A stretch of 64,000 bases of DNA from Amoebophrya sp. A120 (Eukaryota; Protista; Dinoflagellata), in contig CAJINV010000003.1 in assembly GCA_905178155.1 (NCBI GenBank), forward strand, positions 6,939,612 through 7,003,611, in the 5' to 3' direction. The position numbers were made by a program, and so were the translations under genes. Of this stretch, positions 15,001 through 30,000 are shown one piece after another. A model generated the notes under the pieces. It was not told where the DNA came from. It searched no databases and worked only from the letters and a program-made list of their open reading frames with translations. Position 1 is the first letter of the stretch. The number at the start of each line of letters is the position of its first letter.

Positions 15001-18000
15001 GGCAGACATATTTGCAATGCATAAAACCTCGATTCCTTGGTCGCACCGGGCGGGGTAGCGCGAGCAGTCATGTGGGGTCGGGTTCTGGCCGTCCGGCCCA
15101 ACCGTCATGTTGGAGAAAAGAGCGTGGAAGGCCCGCCTGGTTTCCACGTGGTTCGGATCGTGAGGGGAGAACCGGTGGGGACGGGGATGTAGGTGTAACA
15201 CGACGTGGCTGATGGATACTGGCGTCGCGTACTCCTGAGTTAGCCGCGCCCCCGTTCCAAAAATGTGGCACGGCGTCGTCAAATCCTGGTCGACGCAGGG
15301 CACAGCGCCGCCAATCCCGGCAGTGGGCCTGGTGTCGAATTTCCCTCCCTCGACTGGCCGCGGTAGTAACTCGAGTTCCATCGCGGACTTGACGTAGCAG
15401 GTGCGGGACGAAAGCTCCGCGGTTGCTGCGTCTTTGATGGTCGCGATACCGGCAAGGCCCTCGTTGTTCCGTTCGAAGATTTGCAGGCAGCGCGGGAGGA
15501 GCCCCTCGGCGTCGTTGCCGCTAGCGAAGGTGACCCCAAGGCAGTCGGGGTCTGCCAGACATTCCTCGTTGCAAGAAGTGTCCGTCTCTGCGTCGCTGGA
15601 GGACTGCTCAGCGAACACTACGTCGTCGATGACGGAGGTCGCGGTCGAGGATGAAGTAGAGGCCGCACAGTCCGCTTTGTAGACCCCGACCATGCGGTGT
15701 TCCACGGGTTGCTTCTGGTAACAGCGCGGGGTGGTCAAGACCGGCCGACCTCCGTTGGTTTCGTTCAGCACTGGTTCACTTCCCCGCAACACGGACCGTA
15801 TTTGCAGGCCGGGTTTCCCGAGCGCGGCACGATTCACGGACTCCAGGACCAGTGCGCAGCGCCCTCGGGGGTTCGCTAGCGGCGACAGATCCTCGGTCTG
15901 GTTGGTCGTGAACTCGATGGCGAGGCAATCGGGCCGCGAAAAGCACGCCGCTCCGCACACCCGTAGACGGCACAGGCCGTCGGAGTCGGCGTTGTTCGCG
16001 GCCTGCGAGGTAGAAGTAGTTCCACCCGCATTCATCTTCTTCACTGCTCTGCCGGTGCTCTCCAGCGCGGAGAGGTGGTCGTAAATTGAGTCCGTCGCGG
16101 TTGGCGAGAGTCGCGGCAGGTCTTTGAGATCGGACGCGATCAATGGCTGCAAGTGAAAGTTCTTGACCGAGCCAGTTTTGAGGTACTCCACGCGGTGGCA
16201 GCGATTCGCCCCCATCCAGTGCAGGTTCCAGTCCTTCCACAGCATTTTGCGGTGAATCCATCCCGCCTGGCCGTAGGTCGCGTGGTGGTCGACAAGTGCG
16301 GTGCAGGTATGGTACTGGCGGCACACCACGGGCGGGTGGTGCGTGTAGTCAACCGCCCGTACGTCCGCGGTTTCCAGGTTGCGGTACTGGTAAAAGTTGC
16401 AGTCTTCGTGGCGGTCGCACCAGAGTTGGCACGCGCGCCTTGACGCGAGAGGAGAGCCCGGCAGCTCCGGCGGTTCGTTATAGCCGCGCTTCTCGCGGAT
16501 CGCACCCTCCGCGCACACCCCGTCCCCGGGGGGAAAAGCGGGTTCGTAACGGTACTGCACGGCGGGGCCGCGGGTAGTGGTGGTGGTGGTAGTGGTGGTC
16601 GCGGCTGCGGCCCAGGGGGCCTGGTCCCGGAGCGGCTCTCGCTGCGCATACAACAGAAAACCACAGATGTGTAGCCTCATCTCGGTGTTTTCCACCGCCG
16701 CAGGCAGCGTCATGTTCAACGTAATGTTGCTGAAAACTTTCCGGTGAAGAAAAACGCGGGTTCCGTCAGGGCCCTCGTCGACCACGCTGCTGGCCTGAAA
16801 CTGCGTCACATACTGATTGTCCACAAACACGCTTACCACGCCGTTTGTTGTGGCCAATGCGCTATTCGCCTGCTGATCTTTTCGCCCCCAAATGCGAAAC
16901 CACCGCACGTAGTCAGGGTCTCCGCCTAAGCGAACCGACCAAGTGAAGTTGCGCCCTGAGCGAATCTGGCCCGTCGCACTGCACGTGTGATTCCCAATAG
17001 TAGTCCCGTCAGCAAGCTTCCCCAGCGTGGTGGCGCGGAGCCCGATACTTTCGTTTGCTCTTTGGTCGAGCAGCAGAGCGGTACGGTTGAACAGCAGTGG
17101 CTTCATTGCTTTGCTGTTACTCAAGGTCACATTGTGACCCGGGGAGAAAGGATGTTGATACGCCGTGAGGTTGTCCATCATCCGATGTAGCTGCTTGACG
17201 CAGGAGCGGACGCTGCGCTGACTGTGCCGCGTGTCATTGTGCGCGTTAGCTGCGACGGGCCGCGTCCAAGTTCCCTTCGGCACGCAGTTATTTTCGGTAG
17301 AGTTTGCGGAGCGGAGAAAGACGACGCCGACACAAGGCTCCGGCCCAGACCAGTCCGCGCACAGGCTGACGCACTCTTCGAGATTGGCCCAGTGTCCGGG
17401 AAATCGGCCAAACAGACCGCCGCCGTCGATACTGCCACCCGGGTGATCCGTTTCCATCTCGGGCGGAGGACAGACCAGGTGCACGTCCACCTCGGCCTGC
17501 CATGCCTCCGTCAGTGCCTTTTGGACTCTGTCGGCGTCCACCGTGCGGAACATCGGCGCCCCCCCTGTTGTTGCGCCCCCACCATTGCCCGACGTGTACG
17601 CCGCGCTCCCGCCCACGGAAAACGTATGACCTTGAAGCGGAAACCACGCAACCAGCCCCCTCGCGGCGGTCCCAGTCATATCCTCTGGGCGCAACGCCAG
17701 AGCGTAGTCCCGGATCTGCGTCTCCGTTCGGAGAGTACTCCAGAGACGCACGTTAAAAAATTGGTCCTCGGGATCCACGCCGTGACCGAGGGTCGCATAA
17801 AATTTGACCTGGCGAAAACCTGGTCCATCGGTTCTCGTGCCATCCAATTTTCCGTTGATGTAGAAGTTGCCCATATTTTCGCCTAGCTGGTACGCGACGT
17901 GCTGCCAGCGTCCTGTCATGAGACAACTCGATTGAAAGGCACTACCTACGACCAAGACTTTCCAACAACTCCAACCGTCCGGTCTCCAAATTTGCAATCC

Positions 18001-21000
18001 GGCGCTGTCATCGAAATCACTCTGGCCGATTACATTGCGGACTGTGCGGTTTGCGGAATCCCGGATGTAAACCCAAGCCTCCACGGTAAATGTTCTGTTC
18101 TCGAATAGCAGCTGGTGGCTCGCGGAAGCTACGTGGACTCGGTCGGTGCTGCTCATTGCGTAGAGTGGGGCGGTTCGCGGTGGCGGCAGTAGCAGGTCAC
18201 GCGTAGCCGCGGTAGCCTTCAGCTGCACGCAGCCTTCGCCGTCGTTTTTCGTATCGTCTTCGTCAAAGTCAAGCGCGCACATTCGCCATCTCTTTTCCGT
18301 GGCGTCCTCCGCACTACAGGGGCGGTCCTTATGGAGCACGGCACAGCTGTCGCCATGTGCCACGCACTGGTCCTCTGCGCGCTGGATATCGGAAAAAGCA
18401 AGGACAGGTGCGCAGCGGAGGTGATGAGGGTCCGAGTGCGCCGGAATCGGCGGACTGTATCGAGCAGGAGCGCGCATGGCGCAGCGCCCGCGGAACACAT
18501 TTGGCATGGTCTCGCAAACGTCCCGGGGCCGGCAGCACTCTTCTCGCCGGCACTCATGTGTCTCGCAGGTGTGTTCCCCCATGTATGCTTCGGTAGCGTT
18601 ATTGCAGCGCCATTCCTCGACCGCGACGTCAACAACAGCACCGTCGTGCCCATTCCAGTACCGCTGCGACCCGGGCACTTCCTTGCACTTCTGACGGGCG
18701 CGACAGCACTCTTCCGGTTCGCAATTCGTTGCGGCGCAGATGGTTCGTGGCGAAAACCAGTGAGTAAAGTTGCTTGGAGGACAGTCAGCTGCTAGATGCA
18801 GGTTCTGCTCCTCGTCGCACATGCTGCGTGCCATGCAGCAGTCTTCACGCCTGCAGATCGCATCCGTGCCCTCCGGTATGTCCACTTTGCAGATGTATCC
18901 GTAAAGAAAGTAGTCACTCCCTGAACAGATCAGCTCCTCCGTCATCAGATCACACCGCTGCCCCTCGTAGCAACACTCAGACTCCTCGCAGATGTCATTG
19001 GCGCACAGAATATCGGGTTTAAAGTACCGAAAGCGATTGTTTGCGTCGCACTGGGCCTCGTGCGCGGACTCGCGGCACAGCTGTCTTGTGCTGCAACACT
19101 CCTCAAAAGTGCACTCGTCCCCGATGCAGGTTCGGGACTCGTTGAAGAAGTACATGCCTTCCGGGTAGGCTGCGGTAGCGAAAAATTCATTTTTGCAGCC
19201 GCGAAGGCGCGTGTCATTCTGGGGAACATCCGCACAGGTTGTGGCGGGCTTACAACACTCGTCGAGGGTGCATTGCTCCGAGTCGCACAGGGCTTCCGGC
19301 CGAAAAATCCAGTTGATACGGTCCGAGTCGACCGGCTGGACCAGTGACGAGTAGTCCGAGCCCTCATCGAGTCCTCTTCTCGTCGCAAATTTTCGTTGGG
19401 GGCTCGTCCGCAACACCTTGTGGTCATCCCCGTGATGATGCATGAGTGAACGACGGCGGAGAGATGAACGAGAAGGCACCACACCGAGGAAGTGGCTATG
19501 GTCCTCCTGTCCCGTTGTGTGGGCGTACTGCTTCATGTCGCACTGAACGCGGAGCTCCGTGCTTGCGCCACACATTTGCTTCTGCCGGCAACATTCGGGA
19601 TACTCGCAGTAGTGCTTGTGACAGGTGAAGTCTGGTGGCGACTGGTAGTACGAACGGTAGGGTTGCCACCTGCGTTCGACCGCGCTTTGAAGTCCCCGCG
19701 CTGGACTTGGCAGTTGCAGCGGTGGCCCGGCCAACCAGTCGTTACGCTGGGACCAGCAGATGACCGTGAACTCAACTAATTCCGGCTCTTTGGCCGGGCA
19801 TGTATTGTTCTCATCAACCTCGTCGCAAAGCGTTGCGTTTGTGTTGTTCTTCAAGATCATTGCGCTGGGAGGTTCTCCAGTAGTTTCATCACCTGCACCT
19901 GCGTCCGGCGCAGGTCCTGGTGTACTGCCGTCACCTGCAGCTGCGTCCGGAGCCGGTCCTGGGGTACCTCCATCACCTGCAGCTGCGTCCGGAGCCGGTC
20001 CTGGGGTACCTCCATCACCTGCAGCTGCGTCCGGAGCCGGTCCTGGTGTACCTCCATCACCTGCAGCTGCGTCCGGCGCAGGTCCTGGTGTACCTCCATC
20101 ACCTGCAGCTGCGTCCGGCACAGGTCCTGGTGTACTGCCATCACCTGCAGCTGCGTCCGGAGCCGGTCCTGGTGTACCTCCATCACCTGCAGCTGCGTCC
20201 GGTTGAGGTTCTGTAGTTTCATCACCTGGTCCAACCGGAGTGGGCGCCGCGGCGCCGCTCTCTTGTTGCGGCAGCACCTCAGGTTCTGGCCGCGCGATGC
20301 GGCAAGGAAAGGCCCTGGGGCTCAGATCGGCCGAAAAGTATTGAACTTTAGCCGACTGGCCGGCGGTAGGACGGGGAGCAAACTGACCAAAAAGGATGGC
20401 CTCTGGGCGATAGGGATCCTCGCACTGGCACTGCGCTGGAGTGAAAGTGCCCATGGCGCGCGCACCCTGTTCGCAAAGGCTAGGGGTGTAAACCGGTACT
20501 GGCCCGGTGTTCCGTTTCTTTAGTTTCCCGGTGCGTGTCCGCCCAAACGCATCGTGGCCGTGATGAGGACTGTGAAGATTGTAGTCAGTCTCGTGCTTCT
20601 GCCGGTGGTGCTCTTCTTCATCTAAATTGTCAGTTTCCGCATCGCCACTCGCACCGGTTTCCGTCTCGTTACTTCGGACTCCTCCATCGTCACTGCAAAT
20701 GTGATCAAGGTCGAAGCGCGTCACGTCGCGCGGAAGCATCAGGGTCTTCGACTCGAAGTTGGTTTCCACTCTGCGAGGCACCGGAGGCACTTCCACTACA
20801 CACCAAACGTGACTGGACTTAATTTCGCCCGCATGGTCGTTTACTGCATGTGTCCAAGTGTACTTGTCTGCGTACACATCACTATCATCCTCAACCACAA
20901 CCTGATCGTCCATTTCGACGAGGAGCCCTTCACCACCAGGCCCAACATGGACGTGACCACCATAGACGTAATGCAGAGCACCCGCAGAGGACGTTGTTTC

Positions 21001-24000
21001 CGGAAGCTCATTCAGCTCCAGCTTCGCATGTAGTGTGCGATATCCCAAGGAAAAACGTTCCCACCTACTTCCAACATTTGTCATGAAAATGCACGAGAAG
21101 CCGAAATAAAACGAAAACCTGTAGCATGTGCAACCACATCTTTTTTACGAGCAGTTCCTTAATGCTACTTGAGACGTTGTTTTTGTCATGCTAAAGTCAG
21201 GACGAGGACACACATGGTAGCTCGATTACGATTTCTAGCGCGACTGCACTAGCTAGTAAGAACGATTGGGCTCCTGTGTAGCAAGCTCTCTGTCTACATC
21301 TTGTTGACTTTGCGGTCGAGACGTTATGACTTAGGATATGCGAGAAGTCTTGTTCAGGGGATGGACGTTCGAAGCGACTCTGCAGCTTCCTTCCCCTCGC
21401 CGCGGGAGACTCAGCCACCCTTCGGCCAACCGGTCGCATCCCGAACGTGTATGCGGCCGACGGTCGCGTTCGCACGTGTGGTCTGTTTTCACAGGGACCC
21501 ACCGACGCTCTGTCGTACTCGGAGAGATAGGTGTAGATCCGTCGTCGCTTGATGTCGAGCTTGGTTCTGCACCGAAAATTTCCGTATCGAACAAGACCAG
21601 TTCCTGCCGCATGTGGCGGATTGGCGTAAAAACTCCAGGATCACCAGCATGGGTGTCCTCCTCACACAACTCGTTTATCACACAGGAAAGAGCTGCTAGC
21701 ATATCATATCATTTCTTTAGAGATGCGAAAAAAACAGCAGCACACAAGCTGCTAGTTGTAGAGAGAAACAAGAGGCGGAGCTCTGCATCTATTAACCAAG
21801 GCGAGGACGCAGCCAACCTGGCTGCAAATAAATCATATTTATATTTGGATTTGCACTATGAAAGGAACATGAGGGCGGAGACTTTCATCCGTTTTTCTTC
21901 ATCCACGATTTGGCTTTTTTGCAGCGTGCGTCAGGAGATCTAAAAGCATGCAAATATGCTAGTCATTTTTTGTCGTGTGATATCTTCCGCATAGGGAAGA
22001 CGGCCACCTTGCGCCTCGCAGTATTCCACGGCGTCGACTCGACCGTATATTTTCTGGCCGAGCAGCGTTGGGTTCACGTCCTCTAGGGGAACGACGAGGT
22101 CGATGAGTTCGGATTTGTTCGCTAAAACGAGGCCCCCATCCGGAATCAGTGCCGATCCTCCTGGTGCAGGAGTCTCTTCAACCGCAAATCGAAGCGGCCT
22201 CGCGCTCAAGTGCGGCGACATAAAGAAAGACTTCGACTCGAGAGACGTCGTTGAAAAGATAGGCCTCGGCGGTCGCACCGTGCTGGGATCTGTGGCATTT
22301 ACTCCACCGAAGACCCTATTCTCGAACACGTGGCGTATGTCGTACCGATTGTAAACCCAAAGGGGTTCTGGGAGCATTTCTATCAGCGGCCCCTTGGGCA
22401 GCTCAGCTCCCGCAGGTTCTGTAGTTTCATCGACTGCACCGCCCGCAGGTTCTGTAGTTTCATCCCCTGCTCCGGACGCTCCTGCCCCGGACGCTCCTGC
22501 CCCGGACGCCCCTGCCCCGGACGCCCCTGCCCCTGACGCCCCTGCGCCTGACGCCCCTGCCCCTGACGCCCCTGCTCCTGACGCTCCTGCTCCTGCAGCT
22601 CCTGCTCCTGAAGCTCCTGCTCCTGAAGCTTCTGCTCCTGAAGCTCCTGCGGCTGAAGCTCCTGCGGCTGAAGCTCCTGCTCCTGCAGCTCCTGCTCCTG
22701 CAGCTCCTGCTCCTGCAGCTCCTGCAGCTCCTGCAGCTCCTGCTCCTGCTCCTGAAGCTCCTGCGGCTGAAGCTCCTGCTCCTGAAGCTCCTGCTCCTGA
22801 AGCTCCTGCTCCTGAAGCTCCTGCTCCTGAAGTTCCTGCTCCTGCTTCTGGAGCTCCTCCCGTAGAGTCTGTGGTTCCACCACCTGCTGTGCCCGATTCA
22901 TCAACTGCTGCGTCCGCTTCACTTTTTCTACTCTTCCGCGCTGCTCCTGCCCCTGCGGGAGAGTTGAGCTGTTCATCTGCTTGTTCCTGTTGCAACGTAG
23001 GGTCGTCCACGATCTCGGTCGCGTTTGTCGCGTTTCTTTCCGAATCAGGATCATGATCGTCGAACGCCGTAGTTGGCGCATTTGCCCGCCAACACAAGTT
23101 CCAATGCGCAATGTGGTACGTCGTTGTATCGCTGGGAAAGTGGTTGAGTCTCACAGTGCTCGCGCGAAGAATGCTACTGGGACGCCTCAGGTCGTAGTTG
23201 CCGTCGGCAGCGATCTCCTGTTCCTCACGTGGCAGGTCTGTGAATATCGCTGTCGACGAGGGATCAGCCGTCCCGTATTTGTTGAAGACCATACCAGCGA
23301 AGACCTCCGTAGGCTCAGCCGCTAGACCCGAGGCCGCGGTTGCGTCGGCCCCCGCGGGGTGGCCCTCGTAGTACCGATAGCTACACCCAGACGGGGTCAC
23401 CTCCAGTTCCTGCTTGTCTTCTAGATTTACCAGACTGAACTTGTCGGGGAGCAGTCCAAGCGCCTGCGCGACCCGCCGGCAATCGAGTTCGGTGAGGGCC
23501 TCCAGGGGCGGACAGGTGAAGCCCTCTTTCGCAAGTGGCACGACCGCGGGCACCGCGACATCGTCCCAGCAAACGGACTCCACGCCAGGGACGGAGAGAC
23601 CTGCATCCATGGGGGAAGCACCATTATATCCGACTTCGGGGTCGGCGGTGTCGTCTTCCTCGTTGCTCTTGAAGTAGCATCCCCACGGATATGCGTCCGA
23701 CGCGTACGACGCTTGCAACGAAGGATCCACCCACGCGACACCCGCGACCTCGGCAAACCGTTTGCAATCTGCCGGGAGAACAAGGGCTCGCTCGCGGCAG
23801 CCAATGCTTTGGCGCTTCAAAAGCAAAGACGACGGCCGCACCCTGGTCGGGAGCCAAAGGCGGGTCTGGTGCGTGCACTGTGCATTCACTTCAGTCGCTC
23901 GAGCACACGTTTGTCGGCGCTTGCAGCACTCGGCGGCAGTGCACTCGCCCACCGCACAAAGCTGCAGGGGATCCAGGTAGTGGGGGGGAACCTCGGCAGC

Positions 24001-27000
24001 GCACTGCTCATAGAAGGATGGTGGCACGAACGTTCCGCACGGCGGTCGGGGGTGACAGCACTCGTCTTCCTCGCACAAACCGCTTCCACACACGAAGTTT
24101 CGTGTGAAGAAAAAGGTCGCGGGCTTCGCCGCGCACAAAGCGTCTAGCTCGAGATTAGTGCGGCAGATCTGAGGCGTGGTGGTCGTTGTGGTGGTGGTCG
24201 TGCTCGTGGTGGTCACGGTGGTGGTCACGGTCGTGGTGGAGGTGGTGGTCGTGGAGGTCGTCGTGGTCGTGGAAGTTTTGGAATCGTCGAACAGGTCCGC
24301 GAAGAGCGAACTCAAGGCGTCTTCCTCCTCCACCAGGGCCACGGGCTCCTCCAGCCCGTTCGGGCAGCACACGACCGGATCACTGATCTGGTAGGTCCCG
24401 AAAGCGCACTCCGCCATTACCTCCTCGGTGTCCGAGGAGAAGCAACAGTCGTCGTAGCACATCGCGATCATCTATCAAATGCAAATATGTTGTCTGGGAC
24501 TGGAAGATTAAAACTTGTCATGCTTCTAAATCTGAATGATGCAAAAATCTGTGTTGCGTGAGTGCCAAAAGCTGTCCGCTTTTGACCAAGTTGAGAGGGA
24601 GTTTCTCATGCAGGAGAGGCATGAGAGAGACCTCAGAGAATCTGCCATGCTGGGTCTCGCATTCCAGACCTCATGGGTCATGGAAAACCTGCATGACAAA
24701 CATTGCATCCTTCCAGACCCAGACATATTTGCACTGGATATCATCTCCGGCGAGACCACCACCTCCTGTTCCTCCTCCTCCTCCTCCACCGGTGCAAGGA
24801 AGGCGTTCAGGTCTGCTGCCATGCCCCCACCGTCGTCCGCCGAGGAGTCCTCCTCCTCTACTTCCCCTCCCAGAACTTCCTCGTCGCTGACGAGCTCGTC
24901 GGAGGCGCCGACTAGCGAGGCCACAGAATCCATAGACAGACCGAGGTCTGTGATGGTCTCCATGTCCAGCGTGCCGGCGTCCTGCGCAGCCACCACAGCT
25001 GCGGCCACTTTGGCCATGTTCACAGGTTGCAAGGACTTAGAGACTCCTGAGACGCCGGTGGACTCCACTTCCATCGTGGTCACTTCAGCCAGGTAGTTTC
25101 CTATGTTCGCGTCGAGGGCGGTGGTGTCGACAGCCGCCATGCGGTCGTTCACTGCCGCTGCTTTCTCAAGATTGTCTTGCGCAATCGAAAACTCGACAAG
25201 CACTGTCGCTCGTTGCGCCAGGCTCCTAAGCCGCGGCGCAGCTGCACCGTGCATTGGCTGTGCTCGAGAAGTGGAGGACCGTTCTTGTTGCCCTCCAGCA
25301 CTAGCTTGGAGCGCGTCGACCACTTGGTTTACCACCTGGGCGGGTTGCTGGTGCTGCCTTGCCCTCCTCTTGTTTCGGCGCTCACTGTTGGCGCCACGTC
25401 TGCTTGGTACGACGCTACCAAGTCCTCGTCCCGAAAAGCCGGCGCTGTTGTTCTTCCCCGAGCGTTTCGCGGATTCTCTTTGCTGGACGTCCAGAAGCTC
25501 CCGGGCTCTTTTCCGGCTTTGAAGACACGACCGAACATACTTCCGCCAAAAGTGCTTGACTCTCGCCGCAATGTTCGTGCTGCGACGCTTCGACTCCGCC
25601 CCGGCCGCAATCGCGGAAGGCGAAAACAGGCGCGGCTGATCGCTCGCGCGCTTCTGCTTTTCTGATACAAGAAATCGAAGAAATCGGTTTTTCATGTTTT
25701 TCCACAGCTTTGTCTTGCGAATCTGCTTCTGCACGCGTTTCCTCAGGCGCCTCTGCCGCCGAATTGCGAAGCTGCCAGCCTCCGACACAATTTCGTCCGA
25801 CTCTCTTTTGGCATCTTGCGCCGGTTGCTCAGCGTTATTGCCATGATGGGGCTGCTCGTCCTCGTCCAGCCGACGGACCGCAATTTTAAACCCGCCAAGG
25901 ACGACTTCTGCGAGACTGACTTGATATGTAAGTGCGAAAGAAGCCTGAAAAGCGTACGTAACCTCCTCATCCGCCCACAAGTCATCCGCTGTCGTTCCCG
26001 GTGGCAAGCTCATGCCCATGGCGGTCTGACACTCCACGACGGGCAACGTCTGCACCATCTGACCCCCAATGGAAATGAGTCCGCCGGTACAGAAAGGTGG
26101 CGGTTCATCTGTCAGGCACGCCGGATCGATTGCGGTCTTGGCACTCGCGGCCTTGGCTTCGTTCGCGGCGTCGTGGCTCTGACGCATCAACGTATGGCGT
26201 TCTCAAATGTTACATCCTCAACTGTTACATGGATTTGTAAAATCCTAAACCGACCGAAACCACAAACGCAACCCAGAATGGCAAAAGTGCAAGGGGGAAG
26301 ATTTCGCCTTTTGCACTACAGGTTTGGCACAGATTTAAACGCTGTTCAGCCCTTCGGAGATTTGTCATGCGAGGCAGCTTGATGATGTAGATAGAGATAC
26401 TGTTACTGATGAGGTGAGTTTTGCATGACAAATCCATGTAACAATTGAGAATGTAACGTTTGAGAACGCCATACAACGACGTGTCCACGTAAGCTTCCGC
26501 AACGGCTAGCGAAGACGCCTGGAAGGCTTCGCTGGTTTGTTTGGACACCCCCAGCGACTCCACGAGCGTGCCCGTATCGCGATCGTTAATCAGAGGGCAG
26601 TCCATTTCGATCACCTCCCACAAGTATCGCATGTACGACGGCGCTCGTAAGTTCGTCCCATTGAAGTCCGGCCCGGTGAATCCATTGACGGCGACGGACG
26701 TGGGAGCGCCCGTTTGAAAGTCGCAATAGGGAAACCGATCCGCCATTCGAAGCACGTCCCCACAGGTGGGGGGAAGCACACCTGCTCGCACGTACTCAGG
26801 AACTTGCACGAAGGCGTCTTCGCCATCGGGGCAGTTCAGCCGCACTTGCCGGGGCGAGGTCGAACTTGGGTCGAGGTGCTCGCGCACGAACTGCTCTGGG
26901 ACCCCGCGCTCGCCCATGCAATCCCAGTCCGGACGCCCGCAGTTGCAGTCACACCTGCCGTCCGTCCACTGGGAAAAGGGACAGGTCCACTCGCCCACCT

Positions 27001-30000
27001 TGTCAGGGCCCAACAGCCCCGTAGATGCGTCCACCGTGGGAAACCGCCACTGGTAGGCGCGTACGATTTTACGCACTTCCATCGGCCGCGTACTGCTTTT
27101 GTCCGACTTGGAACCACGGACCAGGATCTGCATGCCACTATCTTTGGGGACCTTTTTGGGATCCGAGAACCCCACCCCGTCCACCACCAGAAGCCCGTCG
27201 TGCAGTCCGTCACAAAAGATGGAGGACTGCCCCTGCAGGTACTCAATGCCGTTTTCGTCCATCCCGGGCCGTCCCGTAGCAGTTGTGAAGTCGCAGAACG
27301 GCTGCTCCCGAGCGATGCTGGTCCACCCTGCATCTTGCGTCCAGTCCCGGCGCTCGGGCACCTGATCCAAGTTGGGGACTGCCCGTGGCGCTCCCTGGCC
27401 ATCGGTAGCCCAGGCGAGCAAACTGGTGTCCGACAGCACGGCTCCCGACGCCTGCTGCAGTTTGGTCGTAAATTGAGAAAAGAGGGTCTCGGACGACGAC
27501 AACCGCAGCAAGCTCTCTCCGAAGGTCGTGTTTCGAAGCTCGACAAAGATGCGCAGAGGACGGAACTGGTTGAGGCTGGCGCCGGAGGTTCCACTGGACG
27601 CAGCGAACTGGTACAACAAAAGCGGATCTACCAGGCTCGTAACTGTCAACTTTTGCTTGGCTAGTGTAGTGAAGTAAATCCCGTTGTCGTTAGCCACATC
27701 GATCCACGCCTGCTTCACCTGCGCATTCCACTCGGAGCCGAGGGCGAGCGCCTGCGAGGTGGTGTTCTCGTGCGACGCGGTCGTGCGAAACACAATCTGC
27801 ATCTGCCCGGAAAAATCCAGGAGCGCATCCTCCGTGGCGAGTTCTCTTTTGTTCGTGGAGGAGGATAGTTGTACTCTCATAGAAGTGCTGCCTCTTCCTC
27901 CAGTGCTGGGTCGATCAGCCGGCGCAGTGTCAGCAGGGCTTGAAGTAGATGCAGTTGATTCGCCAGCAGTGAGTTCCCGGAGGCGTCGTGTGGTGGTGGC
28001 GGAGTGGTCCCTTAGCGCCCCCATAGATTGGACCGACCAACCTGTCGAGGGATCAGACAGCGGATTGGTTGCGGAGTAGGAAGCACCACTGGAGGTGGTG
28101 TTGTCGTACTGCTGCGACTGGAAAATGGCGGTGAGCTCCGTGAAATTTTGTGGGTTCAGGTTCAGATTGATGGCCGCCTTGAGGTCGTCGTAGGGAAAGG
28201 AGGTGACGCCGTCAATGTACTTGTCGAACTTCTGGTTCAAAACATACCAGCGACGGGTGGTAAACAGCAGCTCCGCGAGCACCATCCGCGTGCTCGGGTC
28301 GTTCTGCTGGGTCCAGAAGCTCTCCGCGGTGTAGCTGGGGACTTGAAGGGTGATGCCGTTTCGCTTCAGGTCGGGCGACACCAGGTGCTCCGAGATGTCC
28401 AGCTGTAGGACGCTGGCAAGCGCCGCACGCACCCGGTCCTTGAGGGCCGGGAAGTTGTCGTAGCCGACCTCCACGCCCTGTGCGGTGCGCCCCCCGGTGC
28501 TCGCGGTCCAGGGTGCGCCGGTGTTCAACGCACCGCCGGCATCGGAGAATGGTGGCGTCTGAATGACCATCAGGACAGAGTAGGTGCGCTCCCGCACGAA
28601 GCACGCACTCTTGAACGGGTTCTCGTACAGGTCGGGGAAGCACTTCTGTCCCGCCGAGGTGATCACCACGCTCTGCGAGTCGCGGAAGTACAGGTTCCGC
28701 GAATCCTGCAGCTCCGGGACCCGAACCTTCTCTAGGTCGTTCAGTGCGTAGTAGTCGTACAGGGAACTGGAGCTGGGCTGGGTGGCCACGTACGCGCGGG
28801 TGGTAATGCTGCGAACCCCGGAGAAGTCCATGCCCTCGGCGAAGGTGCCAATATCGAGTCGCTGCCGGTACGGAACGGCTTCGCCGCACGTGTTCACGGT
28901 CGTTGTCGCGGTCGATGTTCCGCTGGTCAGCTTCCGGGCGCTGGACGAGGAGGTACTAGTATTAGGCCTATCGTGGTCCCTAGAACTAGCTGCTCGCAGC
29001 TGCCGTTGGCGTCGACTGCTGCTGGCGCTCGAGGACGAAGAAGACGAAGAGGATGACATAATAGTAGAACTGCCACCCCGCATCAACATTTCCGCCGCGT
29101 CGACCTGTATTCGGTAGGGGCCGATCAGGGAGAAGGGAGCTTCCTGCTTGTCCAGCTGCAGGACGAAGTCGGTGTAGTCGCCCGACATGCTGGAGACCAG
29201 TGTGCCCGCGGAGAAGTGCCGGTGTCGAAACTTGCCCCCGAAGCTCTTCAGGTGCAGCAGCTGGGATTTCGTGGCCGCATCTGGTTTCTCCGCCCTCACG
29301 AGCTGCACTAGCTCGTGGATTCCCATGCCGAAGTCGACCTCGACCGTGTAGTTCTGGCCCAGGAAGTCGGTTTCGGGGAACCCGGCCTTGGGGCCGGTGT
29401 TGACGCGAATGATGCGGTACCAGTCCAGCACTTCGGCCCCGAAGGTTATGGAAGCGTCAGGATCGAAATTGACAAAGTTGAAATACAAACAATCTGTCAT
29501 GCATAAAATGCGACGTCTATTGCTGAGGATGCAAGGGAGGCAGATTTTTGTAGTGCTGCTAAGGGCCGCCAAGAATTGTGCTGGTGACTAGCCTGAGAGA
29601 TGTTGCGAGCTCTTTTGCCATAAACAGCATAACAAACTGGCTTTCGATACCGGCAAAATTTGTCATGCGACGACTAGAAACTGTGGGTCCAACTGGTATC
29701 CGTTTTCTGCACTACAAATTTTTTCAACTTTGTTGATTTCGATTCTGACGCTGCCATAAAGGTCCGGTTGCTGTTGAAGTCTGCGGGAGAGAGCGCGGGG
29801 TCCATTTCGACGCCCGCCGCCGCGGCGGCTTGCTGCGCCTGCTCGAACGCCACATACGTGCCGTAGGTCGCAATCGTTTCGTCGTCCAACTGCAGCACCT
29901 GCCGCCCGTTCACGTCGCCCTCGGGCCGGTACTGGCACACGTACTGGTTGAACTCGTTCTTGTTGGTTCGCCCCCCGAAGAGGTCGTCGTACGGACACAC

